Notes under the pieces: model-generated
The model's database searches: none
Seen by the model: the letters and a program-made list of their open reading frames with translations, nothing else
Told to the model about the DNA's origin: nothing
In this document: positions 9,073 to 16,536 of the stretch, piece after piece
How positions within the stretch are numbered: position 1 is the stretch's first letter
How the letters are laid out: each line of letters starts with the position of its first letter
Translations under genes and position numbers: made by a program
Source: a virus
Taxonomy: Duplodnaviria; Caudoviricetes
Length of the DNA stretch: 25,852 nucleotides
Virus record (IMG/VR): IMGVR_UViG_3300034357_000535
Location: 1-25,852 of that record
Reading direction: 5' to 3' (one strand)

Positions 9073-9234
9073 ATGGATATGCAAGAACACACGAAACATA
9101 TATTAGATACAGTTTCGGGCGTTACAGTTTTAGGAACTGTTATGAAATTTTTACCAGCGATTGCGGCAGTCTTATCAATAGTTTGGTATTGTATAAGGAT
9201 TTATGAGTGGGCGCGTTCTAAAGTTAAAAAATAG
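9073..9234 (+). CDS. Small membrane protein, holin-like (53 aa; not in ORF track)
   Basis: MDMQEHTKHILDTVSGVTVLGTVMKFLPAIAAVLSIVWYCIRIYEWARSKVKK: hydrophobic core with a basic C-terminus. Confidence 0.6.
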   Translation: MDMQEHTKHILDTVSGVTVLGTVMKFLPAIAAVLSIVWYCIRIYEWARSKVKK

Positions 9235-9237
9235 ACC

Positions 9238-9597
9238 ATGCCTTTAAAAGATAAGAGCAAAACGAAAGATTATTTAAGGGCTTGGAAAGACAAGAACCGA
9301 GAAAAAAATCTTTTTCAATTAGCTCGACATCGTGCCTTAAAAAAAGGTATTGAATTCAATATAGAAATATCCGATATAGTTATTCCTGAAACATGCCCTA
9401 TCTTGGGACTTCCTATTAAAAAATTAATTGATGGTAATCGTGATTTAAGTCCTAGCCTTGATCGCATAGATAATGCTAAAGGTTACATTAAAGGCAATAT
9501 TCAGGTAATATCTTTTAAAGCTAATGCTATGAAGCTTACTGCTAATAAAGATGAATTAATTAACTTTTCTAATTGGGTGAGAGAAAACTATGAGTAA
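9238..9597 (+). CDS. HNH-like (His-Me finger) endonuclease
   Basis: CPILG...SPSLDRIDNAKGYIKGNIQVISFKANAMK, a DRID..GY...N variant. Confidence 0.75.
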   Translation: MPLKDKSKTKDYLRAWKDKNREKNLFQLARHRALKKGIEFNIEISDIVIPETCPILGLPIKKLIDGNRDLSPSLDRIDNAKGYIKGNIQVISFKANAMKLTANKDELINFSNWVRENYE

Positions 9598-9802
9598 ATA
9601 TTCGGAAGCTGGTAAAGGATCAACTAATAAGCTTAAACAAAAAAGCTTGTATGATGAGAACTACGAAAAGATTTGGGGTAGTAAAAAGAATAAGCTTTAT
9701 GAGGAACGCTATTATGATTCCGATGAAACAACTTCATGGGATCAAGATAAGGCTGATATGATTGGTCTTAATAACAATACAGGCGATCACTATATAAAAT
9801 AA
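9590..9802 (+). CDS. Hypothetical protein (70 aa)
   Basis: GKGS...Y.ENYEKIW motif of small phage proteins; overlaps the HNH stop. Confidence 0.55.
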   Translation: MSKYSEAGKGSTNKLKQKSLYDENYEKIWGSKKNKLYEERYYDSDETTSWDQDKADMIGLNNNTGDHYIK

Positions 9803-9830
9803 AAAAGGGGCAATTAAGCCCCTTAATTAT
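9801..9830. terminator. Intrinsic terminator between convergent units (strong on the minus strand)
   Basis: AAGGGGC-AATTAA-GCCCCTT stem with A6 on the left (U6 on the minus strand) and TTAATTATTT on the right. Confidence 0.8.
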
Positions 9831-9878
9831 TTGTGAATACCATTTTCTGAAGAACGCTATTCACCTTATCTAAAATAA

Positions 9879-9950
9879 CTATTTATTCATTACATACATA
9901 GTTACTTCAAATCCAAATCTCATTTCTGTAGCTGATGGAGTAGTCCACAT
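9879..9950 (-). CDS. pqqA: Coenzyme PQQ precursor peptide PqqA (23 aa; not in ORF track)
   Basis: The minus strand reads MWTTPSATEMRFGFEVTMYVMNK*, with the PqqA W..P and RFGFEVTMY signature (ExxxY). SD AAGGA lies 8 nt upstream of the ATG. Confidence 0.95.
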   Translation of the reverse strand: MWTTPSATEMRFGFEVTMYVMNK

Positions 9951-10036
9951 AGTATTTATCCTTTATCTGTAACAAGCAAAATTACTTGTTATGCAAATTA
10001 TGGGCTTTTTGCAAGACAAAACCATCAGTAAAATCA

Positions 10037-10273
10037 TTAAAATGGCATTGCTGAATCAGTTGCACTTGTATTTGATCCTGCACCATCTTTAGGTTGCGGT
10101 TCTCTCATTGTTACCCAGCCGTCAAAATTGACAGGGATAGATTCAATAAGAAGTGAAGTGCCGCCTTGTTTATTAGACATTGCAACTCCAACTTTAGTCC
10201 AGCGAGCTTTTGTTTCGCCTTCTTTGTTTACATACTCGCCTGTTTTAGCGATTAGATCATGGGTTATTGCCAT
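10037..10273 (-). CDS. Small phage ssDNA-binding-like protein
   Basis: GEY...GETKARWTKVG core; flexible tail ending in PF; follows ERF and the exonuclease. Confidence 0.6.
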   Translation of the reverse strand: MAITHDLIAKTGEYVNKEGETKARWTKVGVAMSNKQGGTSLLIESIPVNFDGWVTMREPQPKDGAGSNTSATDSAMPF

Positions 10274-10922
10274 TTTGTATTTCCTTTAAGTTATTAACAG
10301 TAGTTTCTATTTCCTGTAAGAATAAGATCACCTTATCTTCCATTGTTTTAATATATTCATCATCACGATAAATACGCTTCACAAATCCTTCTAATCCAGT
10401 AAGGTCGGGATCAAAAGAAACGAGATCACAAAATTCCATTTCAGGCATACAGGCTAATTGCCACATGCATTGGTCGTAATATTGTTCTAATTGTTTGCCA
10501 CCTGTTAAATAATTATCCAAATGGTTACTTGGATCGGGCGCTTTTAGCTCAATTAAATATGGCTTGTCAGCAAATACAATTCCATCAGGACTGCATTGAG
10601 CATTTTCAATTGTAGGATGTTTAACAATGGCTACTTGATCCACAAAGACATTATGCTTAACTTCATACCAAGAACGCGCCAACGGCTCAAGTTCGATACC
10701 TCTTATCATTGCGGGCGATTTCCAAGTATCTAATTTTTTACTTGTTAATCTTTCCCTGATTAATTCATTTTTATATTTTCTACGGGTTAATGATTCGCCA
10801 CCTGATCTGCCTTCAGTAAGCAAATCTGCAATACGGCTACCGCCTATCTTCCCGATGCGGAGCGCTTGCCATTTTTCCGATCCCTGAATTACATCCCTAA
10901 TAATTCTTTCTTCTAATTTCAT
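10257..10922 (-). CDS. YqaJ/lambda-type exonuclease
   Basis: QGSEKWQALRIGKIGGS, GIELEPLAR, SPDG, IELKAP, YYDQCMWQL. Confidence 0.9.
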   Translation of the reverse strand: MKLEERIIRDVIQGSEKWQALRIGKIGGSRIADLLTEGRSGGESLTRRKYKNELIRERLTSKKLDTWKSPAMIRGIELEPLARSWYEVKHNVFVDQVAIVKHPTIENAQCSPDGIVFADKPYLIELKAPDPSNHLDNYLTGGKQLEQYYDQCMWQLACMPEMEFCDLVSFDPDLTGLEGFVKRIYRDDEYIKTMEDKVILFLQEIETTVNNLKEIQNGNNP

Positions 10923-11365
10923 GTAGTTTCCTTGTTTAAATTTAAGTTTCTATAAGTAACGCCATCATGCCATTGCTGATCTATTGATTGCTCATAAAGG
11001 CTTATTAATCTATCAGGATGAAGCAATAAAGGTTTTTGATTCTTAAAACAAAAAGCATAAAGCAAAGGGCATTTTTCAGAGCTATACCATTCCATAAACA
11101 TTGGAAACATTTTAATTTCTGAAGCTTTAATATTGGCAGTTCCCTTTACCATTATTAACCCAGCCTTACCATTATTGTTAATATAAAAATCAGGCATATT
11201 TCTAATAAAAGTATTAAGGTCATAAAAATTAGGAATTGGATCGTTTTTCTCATCAAAGCCTAATCTTCTATAAAAATATCCTTTTGATTGGCAATAAGAT
11301 TCAAATAACATTTCCGCTATATTGACGACATTATTTCTTTGTTTATAAGAATAAGTGCCATTCAT
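10919..11365 (-). CDS. Putative PD-(D/E)XK-fold nuclease-like protein
   Basis: AEMLFESY...MPDFYI...MVKG; the expected E of (D/E)xK is replaced by M. Confidence 0.5.
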   Translation of the reverse strand: MNGTYSYKQRNNVVNIAEMLFESYCQSKGYFYRRLGFDEKNDPIPNFYDLNTFIRNMPDFYINNNGKAGLIMVKGTANIKASEIKMFPMFMEWYSSEKCPLLYAFCFKNQKPLLLHPDRLISLYEQSIDQQWHDGVTYRNLNLNKETT

Positions 11366-11535
11366 AATTTCGGACTTTGAATTTTGCCATATAAAGGAGC
11401 TAATAAGTATTTATCGCCCAGCTCTCTTTTAATAGCTTCTATTCTTGTTTTACGGGCTTCTATAGCCATTAATTCTTGCGCGGAATAGGGTAGCGTCACT
11501 CCGTAAAAATTACTGTTTCTTGATCCTTCCATCAT
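11362..11535 (-). CDS. Hypothetical protein (57 aa; not in ORF track)
   Basis: MMEGSRNSNFYGVTLPYSAQELMAIEARKTRIEAIKRELGDKYLLAPLYGKIQSPKL; ATGA overlaps with both neighbours. Confidence 0.7.
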   Translation of the reverse strand: MMEGSRNSNFYGVTLPYSAQELMAIEARKTRIEAIKRELGDKYLLAPLYGKIQSPKL

Positions 11536-12074
11536 AGCTCCGCCTTTCTTTTATCTTTAGCTTCAATTACCATTTTAGATAGAGTGCGATCATTCTTAAC
11601 TTCACCCATTACAAAATTATAATTAGCCTGGAGTTCTTCTAAAGTTTCGGAATGATTAATTCTTTGAAGATAATCTGCGGCATTAAGCGCGGCGGATTGG
11701 CCATCGTCATCATCAGCATAAAGAGCGCAAAGACTAGATATGGAGTATCGGCGAATATAAGAAATCGCTGATCCTAATCCTTGCGGATCTTGTTTCTGAA
11801 TAGGACAGACGGCAGTATCCTCAATCCATTCGCCCGAGCTATGGAGTAATCGAGTAGTTAGATGGAGTTTATTGTCGTCTGATGGGCTTAATGATTGAAG
11901 TATTGCAATACCATTATCATTAAGTGGCTTTTTAACCGCTTCAATAACTGAATTAATATTGGCATACTTGGATTTAAAATGAGGGTTAGTAGAATCTTTA
12001 GCGGCAAATCTAATTTCTTTTTGCGCCGACACTAAAGCTTCAGCTATCTGTTTGATGCTTTCGGAAGTTTTCAT
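11532..12074 (-). CDS. erf: ERF-family single-strand annealing protein
   Basis: NPHFKSKYA, LLHSSGEWI, QGLGSAISYIRRYS, DDDG. Confidence 0.92.
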   Translation of the reverse strand: MKTSESIKQIAEALVSAQKEIRFAAKDSTNPHFKSKYANINSVIEAVKKPLNDNGIAILQSLSPSDDNKLHLTTRLLHSSGEWIEDTAVCPIQKQDPQGLGSAISYIRRYSISSLCALYADDDDGQSAALNAADYLQRINHSETLEELQANYNFVMGEVKNDRTLSKMVIEAKDKRKAEL

Positions 12075-12098
12075 CTTATCTTGTCCTAAAAAGTTTCG

Positions 12099-12473
12099 TT
12101 AAATTACATGCGATATTGTATCGTTATAAGCCCATTTAGCAAAGCTATCTCTTTCATAATTTTCAGCTATAAATTTTGCTAGCCTTTTAATTTCCGCATC
12201 GTAAACATCTTTAATGCGACCTAGCTTATCATCTTTAGAATCATAAATAATATTCTTTACTTGATTTTGAACTTCAACTTCATCATAAAAATCAGAAAAG
12301 ACATCCACATTAAAAGCAATATGATATTCAATTAATTCTTGCAAAGATATATGAGGTTCTAAATCTAGGAAATCAGGATCAGGATTCATCATAGTTTGAA
12401 TATGAATCTTGTGTTGCATCTCTCGTTGCTGGTCAGACATATTTGCCCCCGTAACTTGTTGATTTTTCGTCAT
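12099..12473 (-). CDS. Hypothetical protein
   Basis: 124-aa ORF in the leftward operon; SD AAGGGG. Confidence 0.6.
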   Translation of the reverse strand: MTKNQQVTGANMSDQQREMQHKIHIQTMMNPDPDFLDLEPHISLQELIEYHIAFNVDVFSDFYDEVEVQNQVKNIIYDSKDDKLGRIKDVYDAEIKRLAKFIAENYERDSFAKWAYNDTISHVI

Positions 12474-12474
12474 A

Positions 12475-12588
12475 TTACACCCCTTTTAAGAAATTGTCTA
12501 GTAAAGGTAGTAAGACATAAAGCCACATGCCAAAATAAGCCCAAAAAGCAATTGCATAAATAATTAATTTTTTATTTTGTGTTGTCAT
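12475..12588 (-). CDS. Small single-TM membrane protein (37 aa; not in ORF track)
   Basis: MTTQNKKLIIYAIAFWAYFGMWLYVLLPLLDNFLKGV; SD AGGGG. Confidence 0.6.
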   Translation of the reverse strand: MTTQNKKLIIYAIAFWAYFGMWLYVLLPLLDNFLKGV

Positions 12589-12589
12589 A

Positions 12590-12844
12590 TTATTCCCCTA
12601 TTTCAGATTTGTAAGGATCAATTTGTGTTTGCACATACTCGTAATTACCACTTTGCGAATTATGCTTGAGTTTTGAATTAGGTGCAACAAATTCATATTT
12701 GTCGGCAGTCCAATTATATTTAAGCTTGGCTGATGCAGGGGCGTAGTTATATTTATTCTCAACCCAATTGTATCGAAGCTTAGGCGATTCGCCTGCGAAT
12801 GAAGCGATTGGTAGTGCGATTAATAGTGCGGTTAATAGTTTCAT
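12590..12844 (-). CDS. Exported protein with three 18-aa repeats
   Basis: Signal peptide MKLLTALLIALPIASFA; repeats KLRYNWVENKYNYAPASA / KLKYNWTADKYEFVAPNS / KLKHNSQSGNYEYV. Confidence 0.75.
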   Translation of the reverse strand: MKLLTALLIALPIASFAGESPKLRYNWVENKYNYAPASAKLKYNWTADKYEFVAPNSKLKHNSQSGNYEYVQTQIDPYKSEIGE

Positions 12845-12887
12845 ATTGTTTCCTTTAAGTTTCGTTAATAATATGTTGCTAGGTGTT

Positions 12888-12915
12888 AATATATACCTAT
12901 CAATAATTATTTCAA
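12888..12915 (-). promoter_or_regulatory. Putative sigma70 promoter of the leftward operon
   Basis: TTGAAA-16nt-TATATT on the minus strand in the AT-rich divergent gap. Confidence 0.45.
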
Positions 12916-12933
12916 GCTTTTTTAAATATATTT

Positions 12934-13290
12934 ATGAAAAATAACGAACACCTGGCACAGACTTTGCTTATTAAATGGTTTAGGCTTCAATATCCATTAA
13001 TGGCAAAATGTTTGTTTGCTATACCAAATGGGGGCGCTAGGCATATCGGAACGGCCTTGAAATTAAAAGCTGAAGGAGTAACGGCAGGGGTATCTGATTT
13101 ATTCCTTATGATTCCAGCAAATGGCCTTCATGGCCTATTTTTAGAGATGAAAGCCGATAAAAGTGCAAGATTACAACAAAATCAAATAGACTTCCTTAAT
13201 CTAGCAGAATCAATGGGTTATGGTGCGGAAGTGGCTTATGGGTTTGAGGAAGCTCAAAAAATAATACAAAAATACTTGCACGAATCATAG
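12934..13290 (+). CDS. VRR-NUC domain nuclease (resolvase-like)
   Basis: EH..Q, FAIPNGG, EGVTAGVSDL, FLEMK, Q.Q. Confidence 0.88.
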   Translation: MKNNEHLAQTLLIKWFRLQYPLMAKCLFAIPNGGARHIGTALKLKAEGVTAGVSDLFLMIPANGLHGLFLEMKADKSARLQQNQIDFLNLAESMGYGAEVAYGFEEAQKIIQKYLHES

Positions 13291-13305
13291 AATTCGTTTA
13301 ATAAT
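13276..13305 (+). promoter_or_regulatory. Putative sigma70 promoter upstream of the replication initiator
   Basis: TTGCAC-18nt-AATAAT. Confidence 0.35.
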
Positions 13306-13336
13306 AAAAAAGACAAGATAAAAGAAGGGAAATTAA

Positions 13337-13987
13337 TTGCATTACTATCAGCACAATATATCAGACTACAGGGCGGATACAGGCCATTTAACTCTGCTCG
13401 AACATGGTTGTTACCATCAACTATTAGATCAATATTATCTTAATGAAGAACCACTTCCATTAGATATAGACAAAATATTCCGATTACTAACTGCGAGGAC
13501 ACAAGATGAAAAGGATGCTATTAAAAATGTGCTTAAAGATTTCTTTATTGAAACTGAAGCTGGTTTTATTCAAAGACGGGCTGATGATGAGATTAAATTC
13601 TACCATGATAGGGTAGATCAAGCTGCAAAAGCAGGCCGTATAAGTGCCGAGAAACGGGCGAATTCCAACGAGCGTTCAACGGGCGTTCAACGGATGTTCA
13701 ACCAACTAATAACTAATAACAAAGAACCAATAACTAATAACAATATAGATATATTGTCCGATTTTGATATATTTTGGCAAGAGTATCCAAAAAAAGTCGG
13801 TAAGGAAGCCGCAAGAAAATCTTGGAATAAGATAAGACCTAATTTACAAGATGTTCTTAAAACTTTAGCTTGGCAGAAAACTAGCAAGCAATGGTTTGAG
13901 AAGGGTGGACAGTTCATTCCAAATGCTAGCACTTATTTAAACCAGCATAGATTCTTGGATGAGCCGTCTTTATCAGTAACATTTTAG
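13337..13987 (+). CDS. Replication initiator (DUF1376/YdaU N-terminus)
   Basis: HYYQHNISDY..DT.HLTLLEHGCY..LLD.YY; C-terminal F..FWQEYPKKVGK...P.ASTYLNQHRF; TTG start after SD AAGGG. Confidence 0.85.
   Translation: MHYYQHNISDYRADTGHLTLLEHGCYHQLLDQYYLNEEPLPLDIDKIFRLLTARTQDEKDAIKNVLKDFFIETEAGFIQRRADDEIKFYHDRVDQAAKAGRISAEKRANSNERSTGVQRMFNQLITNNKEPITNNNIDILSDFDIFWQEYPKKVGKEAARKSWNKIRPNLQDVLKTLAWQKTSKQWFEKGGQFIPNASTYLNQHRFLDEPSLSVTF
13653..13746. repeat. Putative replication origin: 11-bp iterons plus AT-rich 7-bp repeats
   Basis: CAACGAGCGTT-CAACGGGCGTT-CAACGGATGTT-CAAC followed by repeated AATAAC(T), inside the initiator gene as in lambda O. Confidence 0.7.
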
Positions 13988-13996
13988 GAAAGAAGA

Positions 13997-14350
13997 ATGA
14001 TCAATGAAATTTTATGCTTACAAGCTCTTATGTGGGGTGAAGCAAGGGGTGAAGGCAATATGGGCATGGTTGCAACGGCTTATACTGCAATTAACCGCAA
14101 AGCCGATCCAAATTATCCGAAAACTATTTGTGAAGTAATTAGGCAACCAAAGCAATACCAATTTTTGGATTATGGTATGCCTACACAAACACAGATAGCT
14201 TATTTAGAACCGCTTGCAAAAGCGATTTTAGAAAAAAGGATAAGCGATCCAACAAGGGGCGCAAAATGGTTTCATACTAAAAATATAAAACCATATTGGG
14301 CTAAAGATAAAACGATTAAATTATCATACAATAATCATATATTTTATTAG
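13997..14350 (+). CDS. SleB/Hydrolase_2 cell wall hydrolase
   Basis: CL...MWGEARGE, NR, YPKTICEVIRQPKQYQF, DPTRGAKWFH, PYWA, NHIFY. Confidence 0.88.
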   Translation: MINEILCLQALMWGEARGEGNMGMVATAYTAINRKADPNYPKTICEVIRQPKQYQFLDYGMPTQTQIAYLEPLAKAILEKRISDPTRGAKWFHTKNIKPYWAKDKTIKLSYNNHIFY

Positions 14351-14368
14351 ATAAGAAAAGGACAAGAA

Positions 14369-14638
14369 ATGACACAAGATACAACAATGGGTAATTTAGA
14401 AACTTGGGTTCGTCAGTTAAATGGCGAACTCAATGTTCAAGATATAGCAAAAACTAGACCAGCTCCAATAGAGGATGTAGTAGCTCCCTATTCGGTATTT
14501 TTAAGACATTATGATAAAGTTGGACTTTGTGCGGCCACAAATAAAAGACGCGCTAGTCGATGTAATGTAGAATTTGTATTTGATGGCAATACCCGTAAAC
14601 TTAAAAGCGTTAGATTGATTAATCAAGATGAAGAATAA
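14369..14638 (+). CDS. Hypothetical protein
   Basis: 89-aa ORF with SD AAGGA. Confidence 0.6.
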   Translation: MTQDTTMGNLETWVRQLNGELNVQDIAKTRPAPIEDVVAPYSVFLRHYDKVGLCAATNKRRASRCNVEFVFDGNTRKLKSVRLINQDEE

Positions 14639-14846
14639 AGAACCTGATACTAAAGAATGGCTTTTAAAAGTCCACAGACAAACTCAAACTGATCTTGAGT
14701 ATAGAAAAGAACTTGCTAGAGATGTTAATGAGCTTGTAGAAGCTTTAGATTGGATGGTTCAAGGATTGACGCAAGGCGATTCAAGATTTGATGAGATTCC
14801 TTGTGTTAGAAATGCAAAGGTTATATTAGAAAAACTTAAAGGATAA
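14628..14846 (+). CDS. Hypothetical protein
   Basis: 72 aa; ELVEAL...A..IL motif common in phage early-region proteins. Confidence 0.6.
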   Translation: MKNKEPDTKEWLLKVHRQTQTDLEYRKELARDVNELVEALDWMVQGLTQGDSRFDEIPCVRNAKVILEKLKG

Positions 14847-14852
14847 GACAAT

Positions 14853-15071
14853 ATGGAAACTAGAGTTTGGATGGTAGAAGAATTTGATAATAATAATAAT
14901 CTTGTATGGAAAATGCTTTCTTTCTTTCCGCCCGACACTTTAGAATGGATGAAAGACATTCGTGGTAAGAAGCACAATTTAGTTATATCAGAATTAGGAG
15001 TTATAAATTCTAAAAAAATTAATGATATTGAAAAAAAATATGATTCTAGCAAATTTGTGGTTGGCCTTTAA
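14853..15071 (+). CDS. Hypothetical protein
   Basis: 72 aa with SD AAGGA. Confidence 0.6.
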   Translation: METRVWMVEEFDNNNNLVWKMLSFFPPDTLEWMKDIRGKKHNLVISELGVINSKKINDIEKKYDSSKFVVGL

Positions 15072-15156
15072 GATTGTTGGTTTTGCTTTGTGGGCAATTG
15101 TATTCTTGGTTGTTTCACTCATCTTATTTTATATATGGGAAGAATTTAATGACTAA
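15040..15156 (+). CDS. Small membrane protein (38 aa; not in ORF track)
   Basis: MILANLWLAFKIVGFALWAIVFLVVSLILFYIWEEFND. Confidence 0.45.
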   Translation: MILANLWLAFKIVGFALWAIVFLVVSLILFYIWEEFND

Positions 15157-15253
15157 ATTTATAGATTTTGCAATAAAAATATTAATAGTAGGCGGTCTTT
15201 TTGGTATATTTTTAGGATTAGCATTAGTGTTAGAATTAACATTTATCCGATGA
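15149..15253 (+). CDS. Small membrane protein (34 aa; not in ORF track)
   Basis: MTKFIDFAIKILIVGGLFGIFLGLALVLELTFIR; overlaps both neighbours. Confidence 0.5.
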   Translation: MTKFIDFAIKILIVGGLFGIFLGLALVLELTFIR

Positions 15254-15441
15254 GTAATTGTATGGAAGTCTTATTTCGCTATATTGTATTTGATGATTTT
15301 GGCGAGCCAATTATACGCTTTAGAACAAAGCATGAAGCTGAATGTTATGTATTGCACAGACCTAACCATAAAATTCAACGCTTACCACCTCAACCAAAAG
15401 AAAATGTATTTGATTTAATAAAAGACGAGCCACCATTTTGA
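15250..15441 (+). CDS. Hypothetical protein
   Basis: 63 aa, translationally coupled. Confidence 0.55.
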   Translation: MSNCMEVLFRYIVFDDFGEPIIRFRTKHEAECYVLHRPNHKIQRLPPQPKENVFDLIKDEPPF

Positions 15442-15581
15442 GCCATTTATTAATTATTATCACAGGAGCTATTTATAGCTATATAAGTTTTGAACAGTTT
15501 TATCTTGGAAATAATGGAATGGGTATTTGTTATTTTGGCTATGCGCTAGGTAATGTTGGCTTGTATATGATGGCTAAATAA
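15438..15581 (+). CDS. Small two-TM membrane protein (47 aa; not in ORF track)
   Basis: TTG start; MSHLLIIITGAIYSYISFEQFYLGNNGMGICYFGYALGNVGLYMMAK. Confidence 0.6.
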   Translation: MSHLLIIITGAIYSYISFEQFYLGNNGMGICYFGYALGNVGLYMMAK

Positions 15582-15592
15582 AAGGATAAGTA

Positions 15593-16021
15593 ATGACATT
15601 AAACGATAAGATAGGCTTCAAATCTATGATGGATACGCTAACAACTCTTTATCAAAAACAACCATTGGATCAGGATACATTAAGAGTTTGGTTTGCAAAG
15701 CTTGAAAAGTATGAATTTAATGTAGTGACTAAAGCTTTTGATAAGCATATTGATAACAGTAAATTCTTTCCCAGTATTTTTGACATTTTGCAATTGTGCA
15801 GGGAAAAGCCAATTGAATTTGCTAGGCTAGAAGCACCGAAACTATCTAAAGAAGCTAATGCGGTCTATGCAGCAAATGTAAATAAATTTGTGCAGGACAT
15901 AAAGAGTGAAGATAAGAAGCTAAAAGATATGAGGGCTTGGGCGCATCGCATTATTGCTAACCCAAAAAATTATCCACCAATCTCACTTGAATTCGCAAAG
16001 GAAGCTATAAATGCAAAATAA
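15593..16021 (+). CDS. Putative helicase loader/inhibitor (G39P-like)
   Basis: F...M..L..LY.......LRVWF..L..Y....V..AF..HI..SKFFPSI.DI pattern. Confidence 0.65.
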   Translation: MTLNDKIGFKSMMDTLTTLYQKQPLDQDTLRVWFAKLEKYEFNVVTKAFDKHIDNSKFFPSIFDILQLCREKPIEFARLEAPKLSKEANAVYAANVNKFVQDIKSEDKKLKDMRAWAHRIIANPKNYPPISLEFAKEAINAK

Positions 16022-16280
16022 ATGGAGCAAGGTTAGTAAATATTGCATTGAGCGCAATAATTTTTATATTTCCCGATACACTCTTGCCGATGGCGCAAAT
16101 AGATTTGTATTATGGGATGGAAACAAAATGATTAAAATACACGATGACGCAAAGGCGCTAAAAGATGAAGCAGAGAGAATGGATAGTGACGCTACAGAAT
16201 ATCAATCAACTACAGATTTATTTGGAAGGTCTTATCAAAGAAGGCAAAACACCACAAGTTACGATCAAAGAAAAGGTTAG
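16011..16280 (+). CDS. Hypothetical protein
   Basis: 89 aa; its 3' part overlaps ninB by 116 nt. Confidence 0.45.
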   Translation: MQNKWSKVSKYCIERNNFYISRYTLADGANRFVLWDGNKMIKIHDDAKALKDEAERMDSDATEYQSTTDLFGRSYQRRQNTTSYDQRKG

Positions 16281-16536
16281 TGGTGATAAAAGGTCGCTTG
16301 AAGCAAATAAGTTTTTGTGGGGTAAGTTATATAAAAGCATTAGTAACTTCACAGGTTACTTACCTATGGAAGTGCATCTTTTATGCGGGCATCTTTTCTT
16401 ATCTGAACAGAAAACTATTAATGGAGTTCAAGTTCCTTATGTTCGTTCAACGAGTGATCTTACAATCGAGGAATTTACATTTTACATACAGAATATTGAG
16501 AGTTATTTTGCCCAGCTAGGATGGTCAAGTGAATAA
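16165..16536 (+). CDS. ninB: NinB-family recombination protein
   Basis: KRSLEANKFLW...RSTSDLTIEEFTFYIQNIE...G. Confidence 0.75.
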   Translation: MKQREWIVTLQNINQLQIYLEGLIKEGKTPQVTIKEKVSGDKRSLEANKFLWGKLYKSISNFTGYLPMEVHLLCGHLFLSEQKTINGVQVPYVRSTSDLTIEEFTFYIQNIESYFAQLGWSSE

